64,000 bases of DNA from Candidatus Gastranaerophilales bacterium (GCA_944323335.1 CALUSB010000003.1:3635-67634); one strand, 5' to 3'; shown: positions 6,564 to 15,498, counted from the stretch's first letter. Notes: generated by a model not told the origin, from the letters alone. Translations and numbers: made by a program.

Positions 6564-8924
6564 ATGAAAACTGTTATAATAGGCGGCGGAGCAGCAGGTG
6601 CAAGCTGTGCGGCAAGATTAAGAAGATTGAATGAAAACTGCGAGATATTAATTTTAGAAAAAACAAATGAAATATCTATAGCAAACTGCGGTTTGCCTTA
6701 TTATGTTTCAGGGGTGATAAACGAAAGAGAAAAAATCCTTGTTTCATCTGTCGAAAAATTTAAAAACTGGTTTAATATAGATGTTAAATTAAACACTGAA
6801 GTTGTATCAATAGATAGAGAAAATAAAACCGTACTGACACAAAACGGAGAAAATATTTCATACGACAAACTCGTTCTTGCACAAGGTGCTTCACCTATTG
6901 TTCCAAACTTTGAAGGAATGGACTCAAGCAAAGTATTCAGTGTCAGAAACCTATCCGATGCGGATAAAATAAAAGATTATATAAAAAACAACAACTCGAA
7001 AAAAGCCGTTGTAATAGGCGGCGGGTTTATTGGAGTTGAAATGACAGAAAACCTTTGCGAAATGGGGCTTGAAACAACTCTTGTAGAGCTTGCAGAGCAG
7101 ATTTTAGCTCCTGTTGATAGTGAAGTTGCAACTTTTGCACAAAATACAATGAAAGAAAACGGCGTTGAACTGATACTATCTGACGGCGTAAAAGAATTTA
7201 GAGAAAATACAATAATCCTAAATTCAGGTAAGGAAATAGCTTTTGACATAGTTATTATGGCAATTGGCGTAAAACCTGAAACAAAGCTTGCAAAAGACTC
7301 GGGGCTTGAAGTTCAAAGAGGTATTATCGTAAATGAATTTATGCAAACATCTGACAGTAACATCTATGCTGCGGGCGACAGTGTTGAGATATTAGACTTT
7401 GTAACAAATACAAATACCCTAATCCCGCTTGCAGGGCCCGCTAACAGACAAGGAAGAATTATAGCGGATAATATATGCAGCACAAAATCAACTTACAAAA
7501 AATCTCAAGGTACATCGGTAATAAAAGTTTTTGACCTGACTGTTGCAAGTGTGGGGAACAATGAAAAACAACTAAAGCAAAAACAAATCCCCTATTGGAA
7601 AACCTACACATTCTCAAGGTCGCATGCCGGCTATTACCCCGATTCAACCCAGATTTTATTTAAGCTCATTTTTGATAACTCAGGTAAAATCCTTGGCGCA
7701 CAAGCCGTGGGAGATAGCGGAGTTGAAAAAAGAATAGATGTAATTAGCTCAATTATGCGTCTTAACGGCACGGTTCAAGATATGCTTGATAGCGAGCTAT
7801 GCTATGCGCCGCCTTATTCTTCAGCTAAAGACCCTGTTAACATTTTAGGTATGAACGCCGATAATATATTGAGAGGCTTTGTAAAACCTGCCTATATGGA
7901 AGACTTAAATGACGCTCTTTTGGTTGATGTCAGAGTTCCTGTTTCATATAAAACAAACACAATTAACGGCGCTATAAACATACCGATAGATGAAATAAGA
8001 AAAAGAACAGACGAAATCCCAAAAGATAAAAAAGTAGTACTGTTCTGTAACACAGGCTACACAAGCTACTGCGCCTCAAGGATTTTAATTCAAAAAGGCT
8101 ACAACAATGTCTATTCACTGTGCGGCGGCTTTGAATTGTACAAAGAATTAACAAAAACCCTAAGTACTGTGCCAAAAACCGCACTATGTGCAAATGTTGC
8201 CTCAAATAGTCAAAAGACCATAATAGATGCAACGGGACTACAGTGCCCCGGGCCCATTATGAAAGTATCAGATGCAATTAATAAGGCAAAAGACGGTGAA
8301 GTATTTGAAATACGCTGCAATGACAAAGGCTTTAAATCTGACATCGGTGCTTGGTGCAGCAGCAGCGGAAACAGCCTTTTAGAGATAAAAAACGAGGGCA
8401 GAGAAATTGTAGCCACAATACAAAAAGGAACAGTCCAAAATAAACAAAATAACGATAAAAACGCTCAAACCATAGTAGTTTTTTCAAATGATTTAGACAA
8501 AGTGCTTGCCTCATTTATCATTGCAAACGGGGCAAAGGCAAGCGGCAAAGATGTAGTTATGTTCTTTACTTTTTGGGGGTTAAATGTCCTTAGGAAACCA
8601 AACAAAAAAGTTAAAAAAGGCTTTATAGACAAAATGTTTTCTCTTATGATGCCAAACGGAGCAGATAAACTTACATTATCCAAAATGAATATGCTCGGCT
8701 TTGGCTCAAAATTAATGAAATGGGTAATGAAAAATAAAAACATATCAACCCTTAATGAGCTCATACAAACAGCACAAAAGAGCGGCATTAAGTTTATCGC
8801 TTGTAATATGTCTATGGATGTTATGGGTATTAAAGAAGAAGAACTCATCGAAGGCGTTGAAATAGCAGGTGTTGCAAAATACATAGCAGAAAGCAATGGC
8901 GCTAATTCAAACTTGTTTATATAA
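6564..8924 (+). CDS. CoA-disulfide reductase-type flavoprotein fused to rhodanese, TusA/SirA-like and DsrE-like domains
   Basis: 786 aa. GGGAAG dinucleotide fold and redox Cys in SIANCGLPYY. Rhodanese loop CNTGYTS. TusA motif LQCPGPIMKV. The C-terminal ~150 aa is DsrE/DsrF-like. SD GAGGTG. Confidence 0.85.
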   Translation: MKTVIIGGGAAGASCAARLRRLNENCEILILEKTNEISIANCGLPYYVSGVINEREKILVSSVEKFKNWFNIDVKLNTEVVSIDRENKTVLTQNGENISYDKLVLAQGASPIVPNFEGMDSSKVFSVRNLSDADKIKDYIKNNNSKKAVVIGGGFIGVEMTENLCEMGLETTLVELAEQILAPVDSEVATFAQNTMKENGVELILSDGVKEFRENTIILNSGKEIAFDIVIMAIGVKPETKLAKDSGLEVQRGIIVNEFMQTSDSNIYAAGDSVEILDFVTNTNTLIPLAGPANRQGRIIADNICSTKSTYKKSQGTSVIKVFDLTVASVGNNEKQLKQKQIPYWKTYTFSRSHAGYYPDSTQILFKLIFDNSGKILGAQAVGDSGVEKRIDVISSIMRLNGTVQDMLDSELCYAPPYSSAKDPVNILGMNADNILRGFVKPAYMEDLNDALLVDVRVPVSYKTNTINGAINIPIDEIRKRTDEIPKDKKVVLFCNTGYTSYCASRILIQKGYNNVYSLCGGFELYKELTKTLSTVPKTALCANVASNSQKTIIDATGLQCPGPIMKVSDAINKAKDGEVFEIRCNDKGFKSDIGAWCSSSGNSLLEIKNEGREIVATIQKGTVQNKQNNDKNAQTIVVFSNDLDKVLASFIIANGAKASGKDVVMFFTFWGLNVLRKPNKKVKKGFIDKMFSLMMPNGADKLTLSKMNMLGFGSKLMKWVMKNKNISTLNELIQTAQKSGIKFIACNMSMDVMGIKEEELIEGVEIAGVAKYIAESNGANSNLFI

Positions 8925-8926
8925 AC

Positions 8927-9793
8927 CTACCTTAAAAAATTCGTCACAAATCTTTTTACCTTACAGAAAAAGCAAGAGTCTTTTTTATGAATTTCTTTAA
9001 TGGAAGTTATCTCATAAGGCTCAGGCTGCGGCGTTCTTTGATATTTTACCTTAGGTAAGCCTAAAAGCATTACATAAACAGGCTTATACCCGGATGGTAT
9101 TTCAAGCATTTCGCACAACTGCGGGAAAAACTTTAAACATGCCTGCGCAAAACCGCACCAGCAAGTACCAAGACCCAAGTGCTGAGCGTAAAGCTCAATG
9201 TAGCTAAGTGCTATTATCGGGTCAACATTAGCACAAGGTGCGCTAAGAGGGGATGAAACCACAATCATATGCGGAGCGCCCCTAAAAATTACATCCTCTC
9301 CGTTTAAAAAAGCGTCTTTATACCTTGAAAACTTATTCATAATAGGGGAAAGCGCCTTATATGACATAGTTTTTATAAGCAAATCGTTAACTTTTTTTCT
9401 GATTACATCCATTGCCGATTTTTTCTCAACTATTGAAAAATGCAGCGAGTGGTTATTACAACCTGTTGGAATGTACGGGAGCATATCTTTTAACTTTTTA
9501 AAGGTTTCTTCAGGTATCTCTTCATCCAAGTACTGCCTTACGCTTCTTCTTGATTTTATAATGTCTAAAATGTCATTATACCCTACAGTGCAAGAATCTT
9601 GAGGGTTTTTGCCATTGAATGAAAGTGCGCCCGTCGGGCATATTGAAAAACAATGCTGACAAGAAATACATCTTGTTTCATCATCGATTTTTGGAAAATT
9701 TTCACTATCAAAGCTTATACAACCGCTGACACAATCACTTACACAAAGCCCGCAGTGAGTACATTTGCTTTTATCAATGGTAATAGTTTTCAT
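8927..9793 (-). CDS. 2x[4Fe-4S] ferredoxin domain fused to nitroreductase-family protein
   Basis: 288 aa. CTHCGLCVSDC and CISCQHCFSICP cluster motifs are followed by a nitroreductase-like region (RRSVRQY...). Confidence 0.8.
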   Translation of the reverse strand: MKTITIDKSKCTHCGLCVSDCVSGCISFDSENFPKIDDETRCISCQHCFSICPTGALSFNGKNPQDSCTVGYNDILDIIKSRRSVRQYLDEEIPEETFKKLKDMLPYIPTGCNNHSLHFSIVEKKSAMDVIRKKVNDLLIKTMSYKALSPIMNKFSRYKDAFLNGEDVIFRGAPHMIVVSSPLSAPCANVDPIIALSYIELYAQHLGLGTCWCGFAQACLKFFPQLCEMLEIPSGYKPVYVMLLGLPKVKYQRTPQPEPYEITSIKEIHKKDSCFFCKVKRFVTNFLR

Positions 9794-9832
9794 ATTCGCC
9801 TCCTATTTACCACATCATTATACATTATTTGT

Positions 9833-11317
9833 CTAACTGACAAAACCCATTCTTACTTCATCTTTTTTCTTTAGACAATCAAGCGCGCTGTCAAAATCTT
9901 CTTGAGTAAGAACAATTTTTTCTACATCTTTAATATCAAATGTACCTTGCTCCATCTTGGCAAATATATCTTCCCTTTTGTATGCAAATTTTCTTGCTTC
10001 TTCAACAATAGCTGCTATATCCGCCCCGCTTGCATTAACTTTTGAGAGTTTTTTTGCGAACTCTTGAGGTGAAAATTTTTCATCAATTTTTTTATTTTTA
10101 GTATAAATGTTAAATATCTCAAGACAACCCTTTTCATCAGGCAAAGGAACATTTATGGTCTTACCGAATCTTCCCGAGCGCACAATAGCTTCATCTAAGA
10201 GTTCTTTCTTATTTGTTGCAGCCATAACAAAAATTCTGCAGCCGTCTTTTTCTATATCGCTCATAAGGGTTAAAATCTGATTTACCACTTTATCATCGTG
10301 TCGGGTAGAATTATCGCCCTCTCTTTTTCTTGCTACAGCGTCAAATTCATCTATAAATATAACACAGGGCTGATTTTCTCTTGCTTCCTCAAAAAGCTTA
10401 CGCCAGTTAGCTGCAGATTCTCCAATCCACTTTGACTCAAGTTCAAGTCCGTTTAGTTTAATAAAATGCACGCCTGATTCATTTGCTGCAGCCTGTGCTA
10501 TCATTGACTTTCCGGTACCGGGTTCACCCTCTAAAATAACCCCGTGGTTAACTATTTCAAAAGCTTCGGGGTATTTTATAGGAAAAATAACCGACTCTTT
10601 TATTTCTTTTATTGTTTTATCCAAGCCGCCAATGTCAGAAAATTTTATCTTCTCGGATTGTTTTCTTATACTTTTTGTTCCCATTTTCTCAAGGTTGCTT
10701 CTGTTTATTTTATAAACAGCCTCTTGTTCAGAGCGAGAAAAATCATGTATTTGTATTTTTGATTTTATCAAATCACCGATTGAAGTGTTTTGGTTTTTTG
10801 CAACCCTAAAAGAAGTTTTTCTTCCGTCAAAAACAAAAGCAGACTCGGGAGTAATTTTAAGAGATGCGCTTTTATTCATCCTAAGACTTTTTTCACCCTC
10901 AAGGCGATAAATCGGAGCATCAGAAAGATTTTGCATATAAAAATCACCAAAATGATTTCTTGCAATTGCGATATTGCCGTCCAGATTTTCATCTTCTACA
11001 AAAAATATTCTGGATACTATTTCAGGGTAAGTTTCAAGATTTTCCAGAAAATCTTTTCTTGCACCCTCAATATCTTTACCTGCAAGCAAAACATCATCAT
11101 CTTTCATAAAATTAAGGGCTGTTGAGACTTTATTTTCAAAAGAAGAATATCTGTTATCCAAAGCACCTCTGAAATTTATAAGAGAGCAGTTATAATTTTT
11201 ATCCACCAGTAAATCACTTTTAGCACCCAAGTACAAAGGATTTGAGCTGCCCAAAGAATTGATTTTGTTTATATGCGCAGTGTGCAGACTAACTGCTGAC
11301 AATGATTTTATTTTCAA
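9833..11317 (-). CDS. Classical AAA ATPase (Cdc48/FtsH-type single module) with ~220-aa unknown N-terminal region
   Basis: 494 aa with a TTG start 5 nt after GGAGG. Walker A GEPGTGKS (nt 10505-10528), Walker B VIFIDEFDAV, ATNKKELLDEAIVRSGRFGK, SGADIAAIVEEA. No TM segment and no protease domain. Confidence 0.85.
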   Translation of the reverse strand: MKIKSLSAVSLHTAHINKINSLGSSNPLYLGAKSDLLVDKNYNCSLINFRGALDNRYSSFENKVSTALNFMKDDDVLLAGKDIEGARKDFLENLETYPEIVSRIFFVEDENLDGNIAIARNHFGDFYMQNLSDAPIYRLEGEKSLRMNKSASLKITPESAFVFDGRKTSFRVAKNQNTSIGDLIKSKIQIHDFSRSEQEAVYKINRSNLEKMGTKSIRKQSEKIKFSDIGGLDKTIKEIKESVIFPIKYPEAFEIVNHGVILEGEPGTGKSMIAQAAANESGVHFIKLNGLELESKWIGESAANWRKLFEEARENQPCVIFIDEFDAVARKREGDNSTRHDDKVVNQILTLMSDIEKDGCRIFVMAATNKKELLDEAIVRSGRFGKTINVPLPDEKGCLEIFNIYTKNKKIDEKFSPQEFAKKLSKVNASGADIAAIVEEARKFAYKREDIFAKMEQGTFDIKDVEKIVLTQEDFDSALDCLKKKDEVRMGFVS

Positions 11318-11433
11318 ATTTGCCTCCGGCTGCGAATTAAATTATTTACAATTGTAGTAAATAAGCCCAATAAGTCAATGCTTTTAACCTAAAACTTAAT
11401 ATTTATTAATACTTTTCTTGCTATAATTTTTCT

Positions 11434-12120
11434 ATGGGAGCAATTGAAGATTTAAAAAATTTAGAAAACAAAGAAAAAGCCCGACATCTTATGAAGTTTT
11501 TTAAAACTAAAGAGGGGCAATATGGCTACGGGGACTTGTTTTTAGGCATATGTGTTCCCGATAACAGAGTTATTGCAAAAAAGTACTACAATAAAATAAC
11601 GCTCGATTATCTGCAAAATATGCTAAATGACCCCTATCATGAAATTCGCCTGTGTGCGCTTTTGATGATGGTTTTAATATATGAAAAAACAGACAAAAAA
11701 GAAGAGATTTTAAACCTTTATGTAAAAAATACTCATCGTATAAACAACTGGGACTTGGTAGACTTAAGCGCACCAAAGATTATTGGTGCAAATTACATTG
11801 AAACAAAAAATCCAAAAATAATAAATGAACTTGCAAAAAGCAACCACCTTTGGTCGCAGAGAATAGCGGTTGTATCTCAGCAAAGTGTCATTAAAAGCGG
11901 AGATTTCAGTATAATACTTGAGCTTGCGCAAAAATTTCTTGAGCATAAACACGACCTTATGCAAAAAGCCCTCGGGTGGATGCTAAGAGAGATGGGCAAA
12001 AAAGATGAAAAAACTCTTCTTGATTTCCTTGATAAATACCACAAAACAATGCCAAGAACTATGTTAAGGTATTCTATTGAAAGATTAACGCCGCAGCAAA
12101 GAAAGCATTATATGAGCTAA
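11434..12120 (+). CDS. DNA alkylation repair protein (AlkC/AlkD-like HEAT-repeat family)
   Basis: 228 aa. Strings typical of this family: HEIRLCALLMMV, NNWDLVDLSAPKIIG, LWSQRIAVVS, KALGWMLREMGK. Confidence 0.75.
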   Translation: MGAIEDLKNLENKEKARHLMKFFKTKEGQYGYGDLFLGICVPDNRVIAKKYYNKITLDYLQNMLNDPYHEIRLCALLMMVLIYEKTDKKEEILNLYVKNTHRINNWDLVDLSAPKIIGANYIETKNPKIINELAKSNHLWSQRIAVVSQQSVIKSGDFSIILELAQKFLEHKHDLMQKALGWMLREMGKKDEKTLLDFLDKYHKTMPRTMLRYSIERLTPQQRKHYMS

Positions 12121-12698
12121 ATTATATGGTTAATGTGAAGCAAAATCCCTGCTATTGCACCATATGCAAGAAAAATAAGCGGGTCTTTTTTTATTTTTAA
12201 ACTTATTAAAAACAAAATAAAAAGGAGCAAAAAACCTTTTAAGTCAAGATAGTTTTGAAGATTCAGAAGATTTATGCCCGAAAAATCAATGTTTCTTATA
12301 ATGGCATCTTTAAACAATCTAACTCCAACCGCAGCTAACATAGCGGCAGTTGCGGGTCTTAGGGCATACATTACAGAATCAAGATAGGGACTGTCTTTAA
12401 ATTTTTTAAGCATTTTTGAAATTATCACAACCATTAAAAAGGATGGCAGCATAATTGACATGGTTGCAACTAAAGACCCAGTGATACCTGCTGTTTTAAA
12501 CCCTGCAAAGGTAGCGACATTTAGCCCCACAGGCCCCGGTGTAATGCTTGAAATTGCAAGCATTCTGGATAGTTCAAGCGGGCTGAACCACCCGTAAACT
12601 TCTGACATATGGTACAAAAACGGCAATGTCGCATACCCTCCGCCAAGAGAGAAAAAGCCTATTTTTGCAAATTCCATACACAAAAGGACTAAAATCAT
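12117..12698 (-). CDS. chrA: Chromate transporter (CHR family), short-chain half protein
   Basis: 193 aa polytopic membrane protein with FSLGGGYATLPFL and ITPGPVG motifs. It overlaps its partner by 4 nt. Confidence 0.8.
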   Translation of the reverse strand: MILVLLCMEFAKIGFFSLGGGYATLPFLYHMSEVYGWFSPLELSRMLAISSITPGPVGLNVATFAGFKTAGITGSLVATMSIMLPSFLMVVIISKMLKKFKDSPYLDSVMYALRPATAAMLAAVGVRLFKDAIIRNIDFSGINLLNLQNYLDLKGFLLLFILFLISLKIKKDPLIFLAYGAIAGILLHINHII

Positions 12699-13240
12699 TC
12701 TTTTATCCTCCTTGTATAAAGGACTCTAAAAGTTCCAAAAAGAGCTGAAAGAATGATTATAATAACAGGCGAAACCCCCATTACACAAGATATAAAGGCA
12801 AATAAAAATATAAGAAAAGTTGCTCTATCAACAATAGAGACTCCCCACACCTCTTTTACGGTTAAAAAAATCAGTATGATTATTGATATATTTACGCCCC
12901 AAAAAATATCATTCATAATGACTGATTTTGCTATTATCCCCAAAAAAGACGCAAGCAAAAGAATTGATACAAAAGGAGCTAAAGTTAAGCCCAAAAGTGC
13001 GCACATAGCGCCAGTTTTGCCCCTCAGCCTGTAGCCCAAAAACATTATGGTGTTTGGTGCTATAATCCCCGGTACACACTGACCCATTGCATAAAAATCA
13101 ACAACTTCTTCCTTTGTAAACCAGTTTCTTTTTTCACAAAACTCATTAATCAAAAGCGGCACAATAACATACCCGCCGCCCAAAAGCAGCGCGCCTATTT
13201 TGACACATATTATAAAAAGCTCCGTTAGTCTTACTTTCAT
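12695..13240 (-). CDS. chrA: Chromate transporter (CHR family), short-chain half protein
   Basis: 181 aa polytopic membrane protein with the LLLGGGYVIVPLL motif, paired with the downstream half. Confidence 0.8.
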   Translation of the reverse strand: MKVRLTELFIICVKIGALLLGGGYVIVPLLINEFCEKRNWFTKEEVVDFYAMGQCVPGIIAPNTIMFLGYRLRGKTGAMCALLGLTLAPFVSILLLASFLGIIAKSVIMNDIFWGVNISIIILIFLTVKEVWGVSIVDRATFLIFLFAFISCVMGVSPVIIIILSALFGTFRVLYTRRIKE

Positions 13241-13284
13241 ATCTTAATTTTAGCGCAAAAATATTTTATCGTGCTTGACTTTTA

Positions 13285-13298
13285 TGTACAATCGTACA
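13285..13298. promoter_or_regulatory. Candidate LexA (SOS) box of the GTAC-N4-GTAC type inside the lexA promoter
   Basis: TGTACAATCGTACA palindrome between -35 TTGACT (13275-13280) and -10 CATAAT (13297-13302), immediately upstream of the lexA ATG at 13309. Confidence 0.55.
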
Positions 13299-13308
13299 TA
13301 ATTATATT

Positions 13309-13887
13309 ATGAAAAATTTAACCTTAAAACAACAAAACTTTTTTGAGCTTTTAGTACAAACGTATGGAAAAGACGCACTGCCAAGTTTAGAGACCATAAG
13401 AGAAAACCTCGGCTACAAGTCAAAAAATTCAATCGCTCAGTATCTAAAAACACTAAAAGGGTTGTCTTTAGTTAAAGAGCGCTCGGGAAGATTATATATT
13501 AAAACCCCCGCAGGCGCTCCCCTGCTTGCTACAAAAGTGCGCGCCGGCTTTGCCAATGCGCTTGATGATATTGTAGATAAAAGAATTTCTTTTGATGAAA
13601 TATTGCAGCTTGATAATCCAAGTGTCTTTGTTTTTAGAGTTTCAGGAGATTCTATGGTAGAACTTGGAATATTTGAGGGCGATTATGTAAGCATTAAAAA
13701 GACCTCCGATGCACAGGACGGGGATATAGTGCTCGCTAGCATTGACGGCTCTTTTACGCTTAAAACCTATCGCAAAAAAGGTCAGAAAATCTGGCTTGAG
13801 GCGGCAAATCCTCAATACGGAAATATTTATCCCAAAAATTCTCTCACGATATTTGGCGTTGCAACAGGTATAACAAGGAGGTTCTAG
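13309..13887 (+). CDS. lexA: LexA-like repressor (N-terminal wHTH plus S24 autopeptidase)
   Basis: 192 aa. VRAGF (Ala-Gly cleavage-site context), catalytic Ser in SGDSM, Lys in FTLKTY. Confidence 0.8.
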   Translation: MKNLTLKQQNFFELLVQTYGKDALPSLETIRENLGYKSKNSIAQYLKTLKGLSLVKERSGRLYIKTPAGAPLLATKVRAGFANALDDIVDKRISFDEILQLDNPSVFVFRVSGDSMVELGIFEGDYVSIKKTSDAQDGDIVLASIDGSFTLKTYRKKGQKIWLEAANPQYGNIYPKNSLTIFGVATGITRRF

Positions 13888-15077
13888 TGCCAAAATACAA
13901 TGTAATAGCCCTTGTTGACTGCAATAACTTTTTTGCCTCCTGCGAAATTCTCTTTCGTCCCGAGCTTAAAGGCAAGCCCGTGTGCGTATTATCCAATAAC
14001 GACGGCTGCATTGTCGCGCGCTCAAATGAGGCAAAAGCGCTTGGTATAAAAATGGGTATGCCTTATTTTATGGCAAAAAAACAATTTAAAAATGTTACTT
14101 ACCTGTCAGGAAACCACGCGCGCTACAATGAAATTTCAAAAAGAGTGATGACAAAGCTTTATGACTACACGCCAACAGTTGAAGTTTATTCAATTGATGA
14201 GGCTTTTCTTGACCTTGGCGGCACGCGAAGGCTGCATCGGTGCTCTTATGAAGAAATTATTGAAAAAATAAGAAAAGACATAAAAGAAGACATAGGAATA
14301 GATGTTTCTATAGGTTTATCTTACTCAAAAACCCTTGCAAAACTTGCCTGTGAAAAAGCAAAAGAATTGAACAAAAAAGACCCCTTAATAGGAACGTATA
14401 AAATAGGCTACAGGGAAATTAAAGAAGAGCTAAAAAACACTTCAATAGAAGACATCTGGGGTGTTGGCGCAAACACGGCAGCACTTTTAAGAAAACACTA
14501 CATCTCAAGCGCTTACAGTTTTACCTCACAAAATGACGCCTGGATTAAACGCATAATGGGCAAAGTCGGGCTGGATTTAAAATACGAACTGCTGGGTGAG
14601 TGTGTAAGCCCTGTTAATCCAAACGAAACAATGCCAAAAAGCATACAAAAAACCGCTTCTTTTGCCAATTTTACATCAGATAAAAACTACATAATAAACG
14701 CCCTTAACTACCACTGTCACAGGGTTTGCAAGAAACTCAGATTTCACTCGCTTACATCAGGTGTAATAAGCATTATGCTAAGGACAAAAGATTTTTACAT
14801 ACTAAGTGCAAAAGTTTCTCTTGAAACCCCTACAAACTCCGAGTTTGAATTTAATTTAAAAATAAAAGAAATGCTTGATGAAATATACAACCCAAACATT
14901 ATCTACCGCTCCTGCGGTGTAACTGCCCTAAAATTAAGCTCGCAAGACTCCTGCCAGCTGTCTGTTTTTAATTCTCAAAGACTTGAAAAAAATCAAAAAC
15001 TCTCAGATGTTTGGGATAAAATTGAGGAAAAATTCGGACGCTCAAAAATTCACCTTGGAACAAACGGACTTAATTAA
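13887..15077 (+). CDS. umuC: Y-family translesion DNA polymerase (UmuC-like)
   Basis: 396 aa. The GTG start shares one nt with the lexA TAG (TAGTG) and lies 5 nt after AGGAGG. Motifs: ALVDCNNFFASCE, SNNDGCIVARS, YSIDEAFLD. Confidence 0.8.
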   Translation: MPKYNVIALVDCNNFFASCEILFRPELKGKPVCVLSNNDGCIVARSNEAKALGIKMGMPYFMAKKQFKNVTYLSGNHARYNEISKRVMTKLYDYTPTVEVYSIDEAFLDLGGTRRLHRCSYEEIIEKIRKDIKEDIGIDVSIGLSYSKTLAKLACEKAKELNKKDPLIGTYKIGYREIKEELKNTSIEDIWGVGANTAALLRKHYISSAYSFTSQNDAWIKRIMGKVGLDLKYELLGECVSPVNPNETMPKSIQKTASFANFTSDKNYIINALNYHCHRVCKKLRFHSLTSGVISIMLRTKDFYILSAKVSLETPTNSEFEFNLKIKEMLDEIYNPNIIYRSCGVTALKLSSQDSCQLSVFNSQRLEKNQKLSDVWDKIEEKFGRSKIHLGTNGLN

Positions 15078-15177
15078 CAAAATTTTACATTAAGTATTGA
15101 AGTTATAACATGTTTTGGTTAATATTGTTACACCACCGATATTTGACGTTAGATAGAAAAAGCCAAAAGGATTAAAA

Positions 15178-15447
15178 ATGACAATTAATTTAAAAAACAA
15201 ACAGGAATTAATTAAAAAATTCGGCGCAAACGAAAAAGACAGCGGAAGCGTTGAAGTACAAGTAGCAATGCTTTCTCAAAAAATTGCCGAATTAACTGAA
15301 CACTTAAAAGAAAATGCTAAAGACTTCCAAGCAAAACGCGGTCTTTTAATGATGGTAGGCAGAAGAAAAAGAATGCTTACTTACATTAAAAAATCTGATA
15401 TTGAAAAATACAGAAAACTTATCAAAGAACTTAATATAAGAGGTTAA
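15178..15447 (+). CDS. rpsO: 30S ribosomal protein S15
   Basis: 89 aa. DSGSVEVQVAMLSQKIAELTEHLKENAKDFQAKRGLLMMVGRRKRMLTY. Confidence 0.95.
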   Translation: MTINLKNKQELIKKFGANEKDSGSVEVQVAMLSQKIAELTEHLKENAKDFQAKRGLLMMVGRRKRMLTYIKKSDIEKYRKLIKELNIRG

Positions 15448-15464
15448 TTTTTTAAACCATATTC

Positions 15465-15498
15465 AAAACAAGTCGCACCAAGCGGCTTGTTTTGTTTT
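15465..15498 (+). terminator. Intrinsic terminator after rpsO
   Basis: 12-bp stem (AAAACAAGTCGC / GCGGCTTGTTTT, one G-U pair) with a 5-nt loop, running into TTTTGTTTT. Confidence 0.6.

Noticed and set aside
11341-11360. Palindrome TACAATTGTA between the 494-aa AAA gene and the alkylation-repair gene, resembling the lexA box core
   Set aside because: It lacks the outer G/C of the GTAC arms (TTACAATTGTAG vs GTACAATCGTAC). A 10-bp AT-rich palindrome is not surprising in this composition, so evidence for an SOS box is insufficient.
12117-13240. Two adjacent half-size chromate transporter genes that could be read as a frameshifted chrA pseudogene
   Set aside because: Each half has its own GGGY(A/V)..P motif, start codon and a 4-nt overlap. 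Paired short-chain CHR genes are a known natural arrangement.
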